64,000 nt of DNA from Dicyema japonicum (GCA_011109175.1 RDEW01000018.1:493304-557303); one strand, 5' to 3'. Positions 22,936-37,533 are shown, counted from the stretch's first letter. Made by a program: numbers and translations. The notes: generated by a model from the letters alone, not told the origin.

Positions 22936-25560
22936 ATTTTATTTAACAAACAATAAAAAAGTTAATATATTTAATCAACAACCTTCCTCGCCTGCCTGTT
23001 CGCCAGCCTCCTCAGGCAGGTTCGATTCTGGTTGCTGAAACAACTCCGAGAGCGCTTTGTCTAATTGATCATCACCATCATCAACACCATACTTAGCAGA
23101 CAAAAAATCTGATAGTGCCTAGGTGGGTTGCCCGTGTTTTCTCGGTCGTTATTATGGCATGTTTCCTAGCAGACACACTTGACCCAGCTATCAGGGTGTC
23201 GTGCATTCGCATTAGGATACGCTCACTTAGTTGGACTACTCCACACAGTCCACGGCCGAATTTATCACGGGGTAAATATAGTCTCTCCTTATTGGCTGCC
23301 AACACATGGACATGGTTCTCTCTGAGTACTCCACGGATCATAACATCCATCTCATCATACTCTTTGGGCTCAAACTCCACAACACCTATGTAGTAGTTTA
23401 GCAGCGAGACAGCATACTCATTTAATGCTAGGAACAAATTCCTTGCATTTAGAGACGTCTTACACAATAACGCTGCTCTTTTACGGATGCCTTCAGTAAT
23501 TTGTCGCTTTGTCTCAGGCATTATAAGGGACTTTGGAGATTCGGTAACACCCAGATACTTATATCCTTCGTGTTCCTCTAGGACTCTTACTAACTCGCTA
23601 CATACTTGCGTGTTAGTCGCAGACTTTGAATAATTCAAATCTAGCCCTATACTCTCAAAGAATTCCCTGGCACAGACCCCCATGGAGTAGAGCTCCTCGG
23701 CTGTTCGAGCATACATCTTCAAGTCATCGATAAAAAGAAGGTGATTTGTACTGAAACAGACCCCTTCACAATGAACTGGTATTTGCTCAAACCGGTCATT
23801 GAGGCGGCGACTCAATGGCTCCAAACAGAGAACAAAGAGTAGCGGAGACATGCTATCCCCCTGAAGGATCCCCCTCTTGAGTTTTACCTCGCCTATCCGG
23901 TGCCTATTATAGTTCAGATGAATACTCCACCTATTCATCACAGCCACTACAAAGCTGATGAACCACACAGGCATACACAGACTGTGTAGGCACTCGACAA
24001 GGTAAGAATGATCAACTGAATCGTAAGCCTTCTTCACATCCACCCACATAGACAAAAGTGAGTTTCCGTGAGACACAGAAAGGCATTTGTTGATCAAAGC
24101 CTGCTCTTTTGCCCCCTGACAATTTCGCACAGTTCCCAACTGATTCTCGGAGAGAATCCCATTTGCGTCTACAAAGCTCCTGACCTCATTAGCACCAATT
24201 TGGTCATCAGCTTATACAGGGTTGGCATGCAGGTTATCGGTCGATAATCTGCAGCAGACTGGGGTTGTCCAGCTTTGGGATCAAATAAGTTGTCCCTGTG
24301 CATGCCCAATCAGGAATCGTTTCCGGGTTAGTGATGCTTTTCTGTAATACACGACACATAGACTCGTGTAATGAAGTGCATCTTTTGATAAAGAAATTAT
24401 AAACTTTATCGACCCCGGTCGTCTTCCAATCAGGGAGATGTCTCACTACCGCCTCAAATTTCTTGCGAAAATCGAAAATTCCGCAAGATTCCGCCAAGAA
24501 AGGAGCGGCGCTGTACGGGACATTCCACGCATTTCCTCTGCGTGGTTTAGCCTCCCACATACTACCCCATGTGGAAAGCATTTCCGCGTCCTGCTGGGAA
24601 CATACACTATGGCCATTTTCGTGTAGGCGACGGTAAAACAATCTGCGATTAAACTCAAACAGATTATTTTCTCTCCTTCTCTTACACCGACTTTCATGTG
24701 TATAGAGTTTCCTCTTATACACCATTATTGCCCCCTCTAACTCCACCTTTGCCCTCCTCAACTCTTTGAGGTCCCATTTGGGAACACGGAGTTTACTAAT
24801 TAGCCCCTTTACTATAGCCGGTGCTTTTCCTCTAACCCCTCTCGCCACACTACTTATGTGCCCCTCCAGTGCTTCCAGCTCAGTCTGTCTCCAAGCAATC
24901 TTGGCACAGATCTGCTCCCTCCATTTACTGGGTGGTCTGGGCTTGTCCGTCAATTCCTCATAGGTGATCTGTGCTGCATACAGCACTAGGGAGATGTCAC
25001 CCAATGACCCTACTGGCTTAGCCTCCACCGCATAAGCCACAGCCTTATTGATGCAGGTTAACACTCCACCGTTAACCTTACAATGAGGAATCTTGCGGGT
25101 AAATCTACGGTCCTCAAGTGGGACATCTGCCGCTGCAGCGAGATTCCGCGCAAAGACCTCATAAACATGCTTGAGCTGCAACGTATCACAGCTCTGGTGC
25201 TCGTGCTCTCTTTGACAGTTGTGGTCACCTGGTCCCGCCCCTTTAGACCAGTACCCTCTTTGCCTACAGCCATCTTCTTGAGTTCACTCACAGATATAGC
25301 AGTACTGAATCTGCCACTGCAGAGCTCCGCCAAGTATGGCCATCCATTCCAGGGCATTCGAGATAGCCTGCTACGTACCTGCAGGACTACCTGCCTCGCC
25401 CATTCTTTTGGGTCATCTGCCACAACGCTCTCGGATATGGCAAGAATTACATTCATACCATCAGGTAACGCAAGTGACCTTCTCCTTTTTTCCTTTCAAC
25501 ATTTTTGCCAACTCGATAGAGTTTTAACGCCACCGAATCGAACGCACGTTGCATTTTTTT
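22936..25560 (-). mobile_element. Duplicate of element A
   Basis: Same deletion; intact at DDLKMYART but frameshifted elsewhere (e.g. ~24190-24265, ~25235). Confidence 0.92.
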
Positions 25561-28500
25561 TCTTCTGGTTCAATAATAATAATAAAAATAATAAATGCTA
25601 TAAATTTTTAAGCCATAATCAATTAATTAACATAAACTCGTTTTATTAACTGTCATATTAATGAACAATAAATCAATATATAACAAATCGATGATGTATG
25701 CTCTGCAATTCAAAGACGAATTTAAAATTCAGAATGATCGACTTTTTGTTCCCTATGCAATAAAATAGTCGATTCATCAAAGAAATTAAAAAAGTGCTAC
25801 TACAAAAGATAAATTTAGAAGATATCTTTGCAGAGTTATCGGATGTCCTCTATTGTATATGGAAAATATCGATTGATATGTCTACCCAGTGATTCAATAC
25901 TCTTTGGAGTTGGATTCGCTATCCATTCAAGAATGGCATCCAACATTCTCCATATTTGGCGTGTGAGTGAAAAGATTGGCGTAATTCAAATACGACTTAA
26001 GAGTCACAGGCCCTCCAAAGTCTCACGAGATCAATAGAAATGACCCTTTCCTGAAAATAGCATTTTTTTTGCAAAATTGCTCTACTCTTGGCAGTCGTAT
26101 GCGCCACATTGTGGGAGAGTGGCGAAAGATCTGTCTAAACTGAATGACTTTTATTAGCGCTATCGAAGACACTGTGACGTTCCTCAATTTGCACTTATAT
26201 CTGATTCACGCTTGGATGGCTATAATGTGCAAATTATTCTCATCCTCAAAGCCAAAGTTCTCAACGACCAGCCGAATAGGCTTGTCAAGACTTGACTATG
26301 TAAGGAAGATCAATATGTAGCCTTCAAGAGACGAAAGTCAAAGACGGCCTTGATGAATAAGATTACAAACTAATTTTACTTATTGTTGACCGTAGACACT
26401 ATGGACAAAGGTTCGCGGTTCACAAGGAGTTAATGGGCTATACTGTTTCTGGATAATCGATGATCAATTACGCAAAAGATCTCGTTGATTAATGTCTATT
26501 GTCAACGTAGAGTGGTCGTGTTTTGAAGGATCCGGAAAAACTTGACGTATTCTAAAAAGTTCTTCCCCGGACTGTTGCGTGCTTGGATTATTCTACTCTT
26601 CTTTTCATTGTGGGTGATTGAAACGCCAAAGTGTAACTCCAAGGATTGAGGGATTCTTGGATAAGTTCTACACTCCAAGTTAATTTAGGATCAAACCACG
26701 TATGTTTCCTGTAGGAAGAGATAACAGTAGTGTTCAACAGGCCAAAGAGGCAATGTGCATCAATAATGTTAAATTGAAATTTATTGAACCAAAAAAACAT
26801 CGTCACTAAAAGTAAAATTTTGACTAATTTATAATAATTTAATAGTTATTTTTAAAAATTGTTTTTACAATATGGCGAACCTTTTAAACATTGTATATCA
26901 ATTAACGTGCAGTCCACGTTCTTGTGGTTGGTTGTGTGGTTTTCTATTTTATTGTATTTACTGTCGTATTATTATACATATTATTCAATATTATATATAT
27001 TATTGAATTCATCATATAGTGTTGAACCCTGTTATCGAAATGTCTATTATATATATATATTTTGGTAACCTATAAATATGGATTGCTCTCCACTATTTGA
27101 TTTTTTCTGTATTTACTGTGATCAGTTTTTCCTTTTTTTACCTTATTTGTGAAAAATTTTATATTTTTAATGGAAGAAATAATATTTTTATGACTATATC
27201 GAAATTTTATTGAAATTTTTAATGAAGAACACTGCTACCCATTACATGGTTGTTAAATGTCAATCGTCAACACATTCATCAATAATATAGTTAACTATCA
27301 TAGAAACATAATTGTTATATTTCCACACGTGCGGCACATAAAGCGATTTTTCGGCAATCAATGTTATCTCAAAATCAAAGGATATTGATCTTGTGAAAGT
27401 TTGATTGAATCATTCTACTATTTGGTATATTGATTCTCTGATTATTGAAATTCGATTTTATTCATAGCTCCGTGTGAGATCATATGAAGGAATCTGGCTT
27501 GGGATTAATTTTTCGGTTTTTTATTCTTCTAAATTATTTAAGGATGAAAATTCTATTGACTCTTTATCCTCGCCGGCGAGATTTATTAACGATTCTATTT
27601 TTTCCTCATTGTATTTTATCTCCAGATTGACGTTGTACAAAATCTCAAAAGGACGCTGTCTTGTTGTGTGGTGTGATCTATTATAATCGCGTACAATGTC
27701 TTTTATGAAGTCAATATAACTTCCAAAATTTCCAACCATCTTTGCGGATGCATTCACCAGGTTTTCGAAAACTGTATTTCTCTCTATTATTAGTTCCCTG
27801 TCTCGATATTCTACTGTTAATTGTTAAACTTTGTTTCTCTTTACCCACTACACCCGTAAAAATATAGAAAGGTATTTTTTTCGTTGATGAATGAATTGTA
27901 TTACTGTAATCTAAGACAATCTCTCTTATTTTAAATACGGTGTTCTTTCACATGGGGCAAGCGATACCTATGGGCTGCCAGTTACATTAATCTAGAACCA
28001 AGATTAACATGAATTAATTATATAAATGATTTATTAACAACAAAAAATTAAATTTAAGTAACTTTTTCAGTCGATAATTCTCCTTTCGAATTATTTATCT
28101 ATCAAATTAAACTATTTAAAACTACTTCCACGCGATTATTCGATAAAATATTAATTATACTCAAACTTATCCAGTCGCAATGAGGGAGTTGTTCTAAAGT
28201 CCTTTTTAACCCGAACCTATTTGTCAATGTTTTTAATTGATACTTTATCTCCCATGTTAAAAGTATATTTACTATTATGAACATTCATTTTCCTGTTCAT
28301 ATCTTTGTAATAATTCGCTAGAATATGAAGAATTTTGTTTGAAAATGAATGGACCGATATGTTATAACTGTAGACAGCACTTTCTAATTTATCAAGCCAC
28401 TTTTTTTCACTGTTATCCATCATTTTTGACAACTTCCTTTGATCGTCTGATTAAAACTTTCGACAATTCCTTATGCAGTTGATTGTTAGGCCTTCCGTGA

Positions 28501-31500
28501 ATTTGCTTAATGTTAAAATGATTATTTGTCTGAGATTTACGTGCTTTAAATTCAACATTGTAAACTTATCATCCTCAAAAGATAGGGTAAAATCCATCAA
28601 ATTATTTAAATAATTGGAATTGAACGATTTAATAACTCCCATATCTAAAGTTGAATTAATGATGTTGCATTTTTTGGCAGAAAAAATAGATCGATGTTAG
28701 AAAAATGATTATTCTTGTGACAACTCGCATTATCCTGTAAAAGGACACCTTTTCTGTTGTGTTGAATCATTTCTTCGTTGACACTGTTCAACCAAGTAAT
28801 AAATAGATGTCATCCAACAATTTTTAGAAAATGAATATAAACGCCGTGCTCTTCAGGGTTATAATTTTTCATACAACGTGGGGGTTTATATTTTCCTATC
28901 AATAATGGCTTCAATTTTTCGCCACAAGCACTGACCGACAAAAGCATAGTAACTTTTTCTTTACTCCTTTTAATTTCAAAACAATCTTCATCTGAAGTTA
29001 CAAATGATTTTGATGTTATTCTTTTAATGTACAATCCCGTTTCAAATTGTGTCTTTTCTTAAATTTTTCAAGCCAACCATTTGATTGTTCTTACCCAAGG
29101 ATCTCACATGTTGTCCTGGTCGTCGGCATTTTTAGATTTTTTTGATATTTCTTTTGACCAGGTCTTTTTGTATAATTATTGTCAGTGTTGTTCTTGGTCT
29201 TCCACTTCTTGACTAACATTGTATGTTCCCACGTTTAAATAAATTAAATTATTAACCCCGGCTTAGCCAGCAAGTGGGAAGCCGGCGACCATCAGAGAGC
29301 GTGCAGTTCGGACAGGCCGCTCCCAGAAATCCTCGACTTTTGCATCCGGTGGTCCAGGGCAGGGAAAAAGGTCCCGAACTACTCTGCCAGCCATGTTCCG
29401 ACGTTTGTTCAATTCTGTTCGTAGATCAACTAGATGTCGATGTATTCATAAGTTGTGCACTACATTGAGACAGGAATTAAGAAATGACTTTATTCTTGCA
29501 CGATCCATAAAAAAATCTTTAAGAAGGTAAAGTTGTCTATCTTCACGAACTGGATTTTCGCCATGATTTCCTTTTTTAAAAACCTTGTCACGTACTTTTA
29601 AAGTTTTTTCATCTTTTCTCCACGTTCTTTTTTTCAATCATCTTTTGTGCTGCTACTTGCGTATATATTCGTACCTCCTGCCTTGCTTCATCGACTTCAT
29701 AGACGAAAAATTCGACAAATCCTCTGGAGTTGCTTCCTATGGTTATTTACATCTCATAATTATGAAAAATGGCATTTGTTTCATTGTTTCGTGTATCGAA
29801 TTGTTGTAATCAAAAACAATTTTTGAAATGAAGAACATTACTCCCAAGCTCTTTACTTGAAGCTTAGTCCTTAAACATGTCGGTTGTGTCGGATGACCAA
29901 AAAGAGTTAGAGCAGAGCTTTTCAAAAAATAATTCTCGCGGCACATTAATCGTAAAAAAATAATTCACGGCACACATTAAAAAATAAAAAATTAAATTTT
30001 TAAGATGTGTAAAAAAACTAAGTACAAAAATTGGTAATTTAATGCCCAAATTTTTATTAATAGAAAAATGAAATCTTAATTATAATTGTTTTTGCATATA
30101 TTCTCCGACAAAGATATCTTCATTATTTTTTGTTCATATTTATGACTAAACATAATCCGTGCAATAATACGACAACCAGGGATTATCAAGTTTTCGCCAA
30201 TAGTGTGAGGTTTTAGTTGTTTTGTTATCAATCCTGATATCAGGTATGAACATTTCAATGATTCCTTTGTGTTTACTAAAGTTTCACTGAACATCATTTG
30301 ACTAGATCTACGATTCATAGTAAAAACTAAATAATAGTTGTGTTGTTTTTTCAAATGGATAAAATAATCCACAGATTTTTCGGAATAGTCCGGATGCTTG
30401 GATGTAAAATATCTGTAAAGTTTGCTAAGAACCAGCATCATATGCCAAGACTTCCATGCAAATTAGACATTGAGGTAGTTTATTTTATCTTTGCATATAA
30501 ATCCAAATGACAAATAAGAATCTTTATAAGAACGACGAACTGATTTTCCCATAAGCACGTTGAAGCGCACGTTATTAAAAACTAATAAATAATGGTTAAC
30601 CAATGTAAATGTCATTTAATATATAACAAAAATGATTATTTTAATTTTAGTAATTAATTTGTTTTGTCTTTTTAGATTAATTATGTCAAAAAGTGTATAT
30701 AAATTTATTCAATTTTGAACTGTTAGAACAACTAGATGTCGATGTATTCATAAGTTGTCTTGCACGACATTGAGGACAGGATTTAAGAACTGACATGACT
30801 TTATTCATGCACGATCCATAAAAAGATCTTTAAGAAGTGAAAGTAGTCTATCTCGACCTGGATGTCCATTTTTTAAGGTGTATATTTTCAATAACAAATT
30901 TCTTTTGCTCTACTTCTACAGCAATTGTATGCAATAGATTCCCGCAAAATTTTTTTTTTTGTTAAGTAGGGGATTTAAAAAAAATTGGAAATTAATACTT
31001 AAAATAGGCATGATTCACAAAATACCCCTAAATCCGAGGGTGGGGTTTGGCTTTGGCGGAGTCGGACTGTATTCCACTTAGCTAATTGAAATAGTTTTGC
31101 GGTTTTACGTCGTCATGACGTATTAACGGATATATTAATTTAGGCAGATCGTTGTCAACCGGTCACATTAATTGATAACATAAAGCTGGATTTATTGAGC
31201 TATTTTAAAATTATATTTATTTTATGCAAATATGACATATTCGCTCCGCGCATGGATGCGCATTGTGCGCGTGACATATTATGAGTAGGAAACCTATATC
31301 TTAAAAACTGTTTGTTGAATATCTTCACGTCTTCCGAGAGCGGTGCCTGATTTAACGTCATTCCCAATGGAGTTATGGGTACCTTTTCGGATGATGAATG
31401 CGTCCGTATTGAAATATCATTATGACTGGGATTAAATGTCTTTGTGCCGCATCTGTGCCCACGCGGGGATCTCCTTTTTTCCTTTCAACATTTTTGCCAA

Positions 31501-31974
31501 CTCGAGAGAGTTTTAACGCCACCGAATCGAAAGCACGTTGCATGTTTTTTAATAAATTATCAATTAATATTAGTTATCTCAATTTTAACTAAATTACTTA
31601 ATAATTAAATAATGAATTAAATAATGAAACCTAAAATTTAAATTTTAAATAAATATACTGTCAGAGTATAACACTATCTTTGTTTTTTGTTGTATAACCT
31701 TGCGATTCTTTTTCAATATTTCAAGTGACCAATGACACCACGTAGATGAGTCATGTGACCAACAGCAGGAGAAATCTTGTTCTGGACATTGGAGTCACTT
31801 AAATTAGACGATTACCCTCTTTATTGTGGTACCGGGGTTAATAAATTGAACATAATACGCCTCCCTAGAGAAAAATAGGAGGTTTTATCCAATCCTGAGT
31901 TAGCTAACAATCAAACAGAGACTTAATTATAAACAAAACCAAACATTATAAGAAAAGAAAATTAACTAATACTT

Positions 31975-32376
31975 TCAGCTGTCGGCAGGCTTTGAATCAA
32001 AAGTAGTTGATGGGCTTTTCGTACAGACAGTACCTGCACGTGAAAAAATAACCCTTTTTAACAGTTCATTGAAGTCTTCGTCAGATCTGGCAGCTTTTTG
32101 AATGTGTTTTGGAGCTATGACCTTCTTCTTGGTTTTTTTGGCTTGATCTCCCGACAATTCGAGCAGTTCTGAGTTTAAATAGTCCAAAATTCCCGCTAAA
32201 TAGACTGCAGCACAATCCTTAACTACAAGTCCAGTGGTTTCTAATAAACTAAATAAATCTTTCCTACTTTTTAATGCGCGCTTCAAACGGGAAACAGGAA
32301 ACACAACATTAGCACGAGCACTGGAAGAAAGTTTACTTCCAAATGAAGACTTTTCGTCAAAAGATCCCCCAGACAT
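31975..32376 (-). CDS. H2A: Divergent histone H2A variant, copy 2 (intact, ~124 aa after splicing)
   Basis: As copy 1; intron 32241-32267; C-terminus NELLKRVIFSRAGTV aligns with H2A LNKLLGRVTIAQGGV. Confidence 0.92.
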   Translation of the reverse strand: MSGGSFDEKSSFGSKLSSSARANVVFPVSRLKRALKSRKDLFSLLETTGLVVKDCAAVYLAGILDYLNSELLELSGDQAKKTKKKVIAPKHIQKAARSDEDFNELLKRVIFSRAGTVCTKSPSTTFDSKPADS

Positions 32377-33287
32377 AGGACAAACAGTTAAAACAATAAA
32401 AATTAAGTTACGCAATTATTTTGTTAAATTGGTTTTGAGTTTTTTAATTTCATGTATTTTTTAAATTTACAAATTCCATCGAAACCATCGATGATTTTTT
32501 TTATTTTGTTTAAAATTAAATATTTTTTTAAACATTGCCTCATCGCTGCAGAACCTGAATGTCTTAGTGACTCACACGCAAGCAAAAAAAACGAGAGGTT
32601 AAGGACACCTTCGATGCCTTGGATTAATTAGCATAACTGTTATTTACTTCTTAAAGTGAGTTCTGCATAAGCTGAGGTAATGGAAACATTACTAGTCGGC
32701 GGCGGAAAGGCTGAATTAATTTTATTAGTAAACAAGCTGTGCAATTTGCTCCGCTCACAGCCAACTTTTCTATTCTTATTATTAATGTTATTTTAATTTA
32801 TTAACTCAGAAATCACAAGAAAAGGGATAAGAGTTATCGTCTAATTAAGTGATCCGGTGTCCATACTACTCCTTTTCCTGTGGCTAGTTTTGGAGTCCTG
32901 GATAAATCTCCACAGCGGGGAAGGTTTCTTCTCGTATCTCGGGCAGGCGTCAGATATAGTTTCATTTCCGGTCCGAGGGGATGGTCAGGGGAATTTGCCA
33001 TCTTGAGAAAGTCCCGGTGGCGTTCCGTAAGGTATTCCATGATTGGGAGGACGTTTAATGCTCTCAGTAGTAACAAAGTGGACGTCTTTTTCGACGAATA
33101 TTCTGAGACATTTGTTTTGTAACACTTCCAGCTTGCTCTGTGCCGATAGTGATAGCGGGGCAATCCATGCAGCACAGGCGTACTCGATACTCGGTAGAAC
33201 AAATTGTTTGTATAGAAAAGGCGGAGGAATAAAAAATGGCCCGCGGGTAAATTAGTAAAATATTTTCATATTTATTTTACCTATTAT

Positions 33288-35165
33288 AAAAACATGCAAC
33301 GTGCTTTCGATTCGGTGGCGTTAAAACTCTCTCGAGTTGGCAAAAATGTTGAAAGGAAAAAAGGAGAAGGGTCACTTGCGTTACCTGATGGTATAAATGT
33401 AATTCTTGCCATATCCGAGAGCGTTGTGGCAGATGACCCAAAAGAATGGGCGAGGCAGGTAGTCCTGCAGGTACGTAGCAGGCTATCTCGAATGCCCTGG
33501 AATGGTTGGCCATACTTGGCGGAGCTCTGCAGTGGCAGATTCAGTACTGCTATATCTGTGAGTGAACTCAAGAAGATGGCTGTAGGCAAAGAGGGTACTG
33601 GTCTAAAGGGGCGGGGACCAGGTGACCACAAATGTCAAAGAGAGCACGAGCACCAGAGCTGTGATACGTTGCAGCTCAAGCATGTTTATGAGGTCTTCGC
33701 GCGTAATCTCGCTGCAGCGGCAGATGTCCCACTTGAGGACCGTAGATTTACCCGCAAGATTCCTCATTGTAAGGTTAACGGTGTAGTGTTAACCTGCATC
33801 AATAAGGCTGTGGCTTATGCGGTGGAGGCTAAGCCAGTAGGGTCATTGGGTGACATCTCCCTAGTGCTGTATGCAGCACAGATCACCTATGAGGAATTGA
33901 CGGACAAGCCCAGACTACCCAGTAAATGGAGGGAGCAGATCTGTGCCAAGATTGCTTGAGACAGACTGAGCTGGAAGCACTGGAGGGGCACATAAGTAGT
34001 GTGGCGAGAGGGTTAGATGAACTGTGTGAAGTAGTCCAACTAAGTGAGCGTATCTTAATGCGAATGCATGATACCCTGATAGCTGGGTCAAGTCTGTCTG
34101 CTAGGAAGCACGCCATAATAACGACCGAGAGAACACGGGCGACCCACCTAGGCACTATCAGACCTTTTTGTCTGCTAAGTATGGTGTTGATGATAATGGG
34201 CTAGTAAATGTGAAGGCGTTGATCGAATTACAATATAATAATTTGATGGAAAAGATCAACTTAAAAGCCTTCATAAGGTCCTCTTAGAGCATTGGACAAC
34301 CCACATGTCGACCTTAACTCGTCGACAATATGGCTAAAATACGGTGACAACTCACCTCGATCGGAGACGCTGTACACGTATATGCAAGACCGCAATATTT
34401 TTTGGGGTCGATCAACAAATACATGTCCCCACTGTAAGTCAAGAGCATGTCGGTTGATCATTTAGCCACTCGATGTGGATCCATGCTCTGCCACGACTAT
34501 GTGTGGAGGCATAACGAGGTAATAGTAAGGAGTCTTCATCTTCTACTATGCAATAAGTATGGTATTGGCCACATCAGAAAGTTGCGGACTCATAAGGTGC
34601 AATCTGTAGTAGAGAACACCAGGGTACAAATTAAGGTAGACAGTGTTATTAGTACCTCGGTGCTAGTCAAGCACAATAAACCGGACATTGTGGTACACGA
34701 TAAGGAGTCTTGCCAAGTCCTTATCATAGAGGTTGGCATCACGTCTCAAGACCGTTTGCAGACTGTGGAGGTGGAGAAAAAAAGGAAGTATGACTTTCTT
34801 GCAAACGAGATGGGGCAGATGCTTGGTTGCAAGGTCCTCGTTATTCCTATAGTAATGACGTGGGAAGGATTGCAACAAAGTACCACAAGGGTTATCTGAA
34901 GCAGTTGGGGGTAGATAGGAAGCTCCAGACCTATCTACAGTCCACTGTGTTAAAGCGGACCCTAGAGAGCCTGACACTGGAGTATAGGAGGCAGAGCCCT
35001 GAGATGCCATATGGGCAGAGGGTTCAATTAGACAAGGCGCTCTCGGAGTTGTTTCAGCAACCAGAATCGAACCTGCCTGAGGAGGCTGGCGAACAGGCAG
35101 GCGAGGAAGGTTGTTGATTAAATATATTAACTTTTTTATTGTTTGTTAAATAAAGTGGGATTAAA
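33288..35165 (+). mobile_element. Duplicate of element B
   Basis: Same deletion, same W>stop (KIA*), TSD at 33274-33287 and 35166-35179. Confidence 0.92.
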
Positions 35166-35419
35166 ATTTTACCTATTATTAAAAATTAAATAAATTTCTA
35201 AACGTGTTAATAATTTTTTGTTGTCAATTTGTCCGAAAAGAATGAAAGGTTTTCAAACTCGTACATTTAATGCAGATTGGACTCATTACTATTTCTTTAG
35301 TGAGAATAATGGAAAACCTACAATATAAGTTTAATGGAAACCCAGGTTGTTATCAAATGGATTACTTGAAATTCAATGCGACACTACACNTTATAATTTG
35401 TTATCAAGTGTGTCTAATT

Positions 35420-35845
35420 GGCGAATATGAATAAAACAATCGGAACCATATACCACCAGACAATCGCGCCGGCTGTGGAATATGCCTCTACTGCGTAGAG
35501 ATTCGCGCTATCAGTAGCCACTATTTAAAAACTAAACTTACTGCAAAGGAAAACATCACGTATGCTGGGACCACAATGCGAAACAGAAATACTTCCCCTG
35601 CTGATGGATTTTACGACTCGTAGATATGGTTCCGGATTTCTACGCATTTGCGAGGAAGATGGACATTCACTAAGCCTCTCACTGTTCCACGCAAAAGAAA
35701 ATCGGTTGGCTAAGAAATTTCCTTTTCCAATCGGCTTCCTCTGCAAGGATCAAAGAAGGCATTTCCGTTCGACAGTGGGATCAATGAGACGCACAGGCTT
35801 AGGATGGCACGTTTGGTTGCGGGAACTGGGATCATTTAATTAGTT
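35420..35845 (+). mobile_element. Decayed LINE 3' fragment
   Basis: TIYHQTIAPAVEYASTA* resembles LY...I.P.LEYAS.VW. Confidence 0.5.
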
Positions 35846-36629
35846 GACTTTACTCTGTCTTTCTTTCTCGATGATCCCAAGGTTAATAAATAAATAATCA
35901 AAGAGCGTCAAATTAACATATAGTAAATCGACTGTAAGATAAAAATTGTAAGGAAAGCGAGATTCTTCTATTTTTAACCCAGTGATCTGGGGGTTAAATC
36001 CTCTCAAAATTGCCATTTCTCAAATTTGCAACCTCGTATATCGCAATCCAATGCTTAAAAGTGCATTTTCCATAACAAAATTTAACCCTGGGGTTAATAA
36101 AATAATAAATGGATATTCTCACTGAGATTGTTAACTTTTTGTGGTGCCAGATTCCACCGTTTTTGTGAAAAAGATAGGAACTCGCCAAGTCTATCTTAGT
36201 CCACGCGAAGAAATGTTGGTCTGCCAGAAGTTTATTCCCAAATTGATTTTATGAGAGGAGGCTCTCCGGGCAAGGGTGGTTACAATAGAGAACCTAAGTG
36301 ACCTACTTATTGTGAGAATTTGAATCACAACCTGATTGGCCATACTTTCTCTTTCTTTTTCGGTGAGCCCAGTAGCTTCCGTTTTTTCGTTGAAAATAGT
36401 ATACAAACAATTTGTTCTACAGAGTATCGAATACAAGTGCAACTCCACAGATATATGCATATCAAAGGCATGGTAGAGAAAGATACTTTTTGATAACCTG
36501 GAAAGATGTGACGTTTTTATGGCCGTCTACAAAAGAGTATAGACAAGAACCATGAAAATATCGACTAATGTAATGGGCTTGGACTTGCTTTCACTCGAGA
36601 TTGTCTCCAGGGATACACCTTATTTTTAC

Positions 36630-37080
36630 TTATGAATGAAACGTCAAAATATAAGAATAGTTTTGCATCAGAAAAGCTGATTTATCAACCAGAGATAACA
36701 AAGAGTTACTAAGAATATATTGAGACTGGGACCATACAAGCAACATTATTAACGAAGCACCTGCGAAATATCTTGGTATAAGGAAGAATAATAGGATGTT
36801 ACTGAACCGTTTCACTCAGAGGTTCCAGAGTTACCGAGATATTTGAAAGAAATATATTGTCCACCCTCTGTAAGAGAGTATCTGAGTACTTCTGAGTACT
36901 TATAGATGTTTTACTGAGGTCTCCGAATCTTTGGAATCTTTCTGAATAAAGAAATTATCAGATTCCATTCAGGGGGAATCCAAATTGGTGATCTGAAATA
37001 TTCACAGTTAGGCTTAGGAACTCTAGTAAAACTAATAATGTCCAAGCACACACCAGACTTAACTAGAAAGGGAACGTCAA
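36630..37080 (+). pseudogene. Possible Polinton/adintovirus-type accessory protein relic
   Basis: IRFHSGGIQIGDLKYSQLGLGTLVKLIMSKHTPD resembles the recalled I.IGDK.Y.GT.GLW.LI..K.P motif; many stops. Confidence 0.3.
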
Positions 37081-37109
37081 TATAAGTCTATAAGTCTGTT
37101 CAAGTTTTT

Positions 37110-37533
37110 TCAAAATTTCTACAGCATGACTAATAGTCGTAGAATCACTTTGAAACGATACCCAGGAAGAAGCATTTGGACGAATTTGACAAATTCTGGA
37201 TGTTCTACAGCAGCAAAAGGAGTGTTACTGGAATATATTTATCTAGCGAGTTGCATATCAATCAAATTTTTCTTCGTCGTCGTAGTAACGAAATTGATTA
37301 AAGACTGCTACCTCATCATTGGGAGGAATTCGCTGATCAAATCACTTTCAGGTTTCAACGGATTTTAAGGGATATCAATATTAGTTCGACACAACAAATG
37401 ATGTTGCCTCATCCGAGATACGAGACCTTGTACCTCCTTCCTCAATTATGGCATCTGGCTCGACTCCCGGTCTTTCCAGGAATAATACGTTTATCGAAGT
37501 GAACCCACAAGGCATCTGCTTTCTTCCAGACAT
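37110..37533 (-). mobile_element. hAT transposase 5' fragment with BED finger
   Basis: MSGRK.DALWVHFD...RARCHN.GKEVQGLVSRMRQHHLLC and LIDMQLAR.IYSSNTPFAAVEHPEFVKFVQMLLPGY. Confidence 0.8.

Larger units (their letters stand above)
19144..35389 (+). repeat. Copy 2 of the tandem duplication, terminated by an N at 35390
   Basis: Collinear with 1-16248; differences are mostly scattered SNPs and homopolymer indels; sequence after the N is unrelated. Confidence 0.97.
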
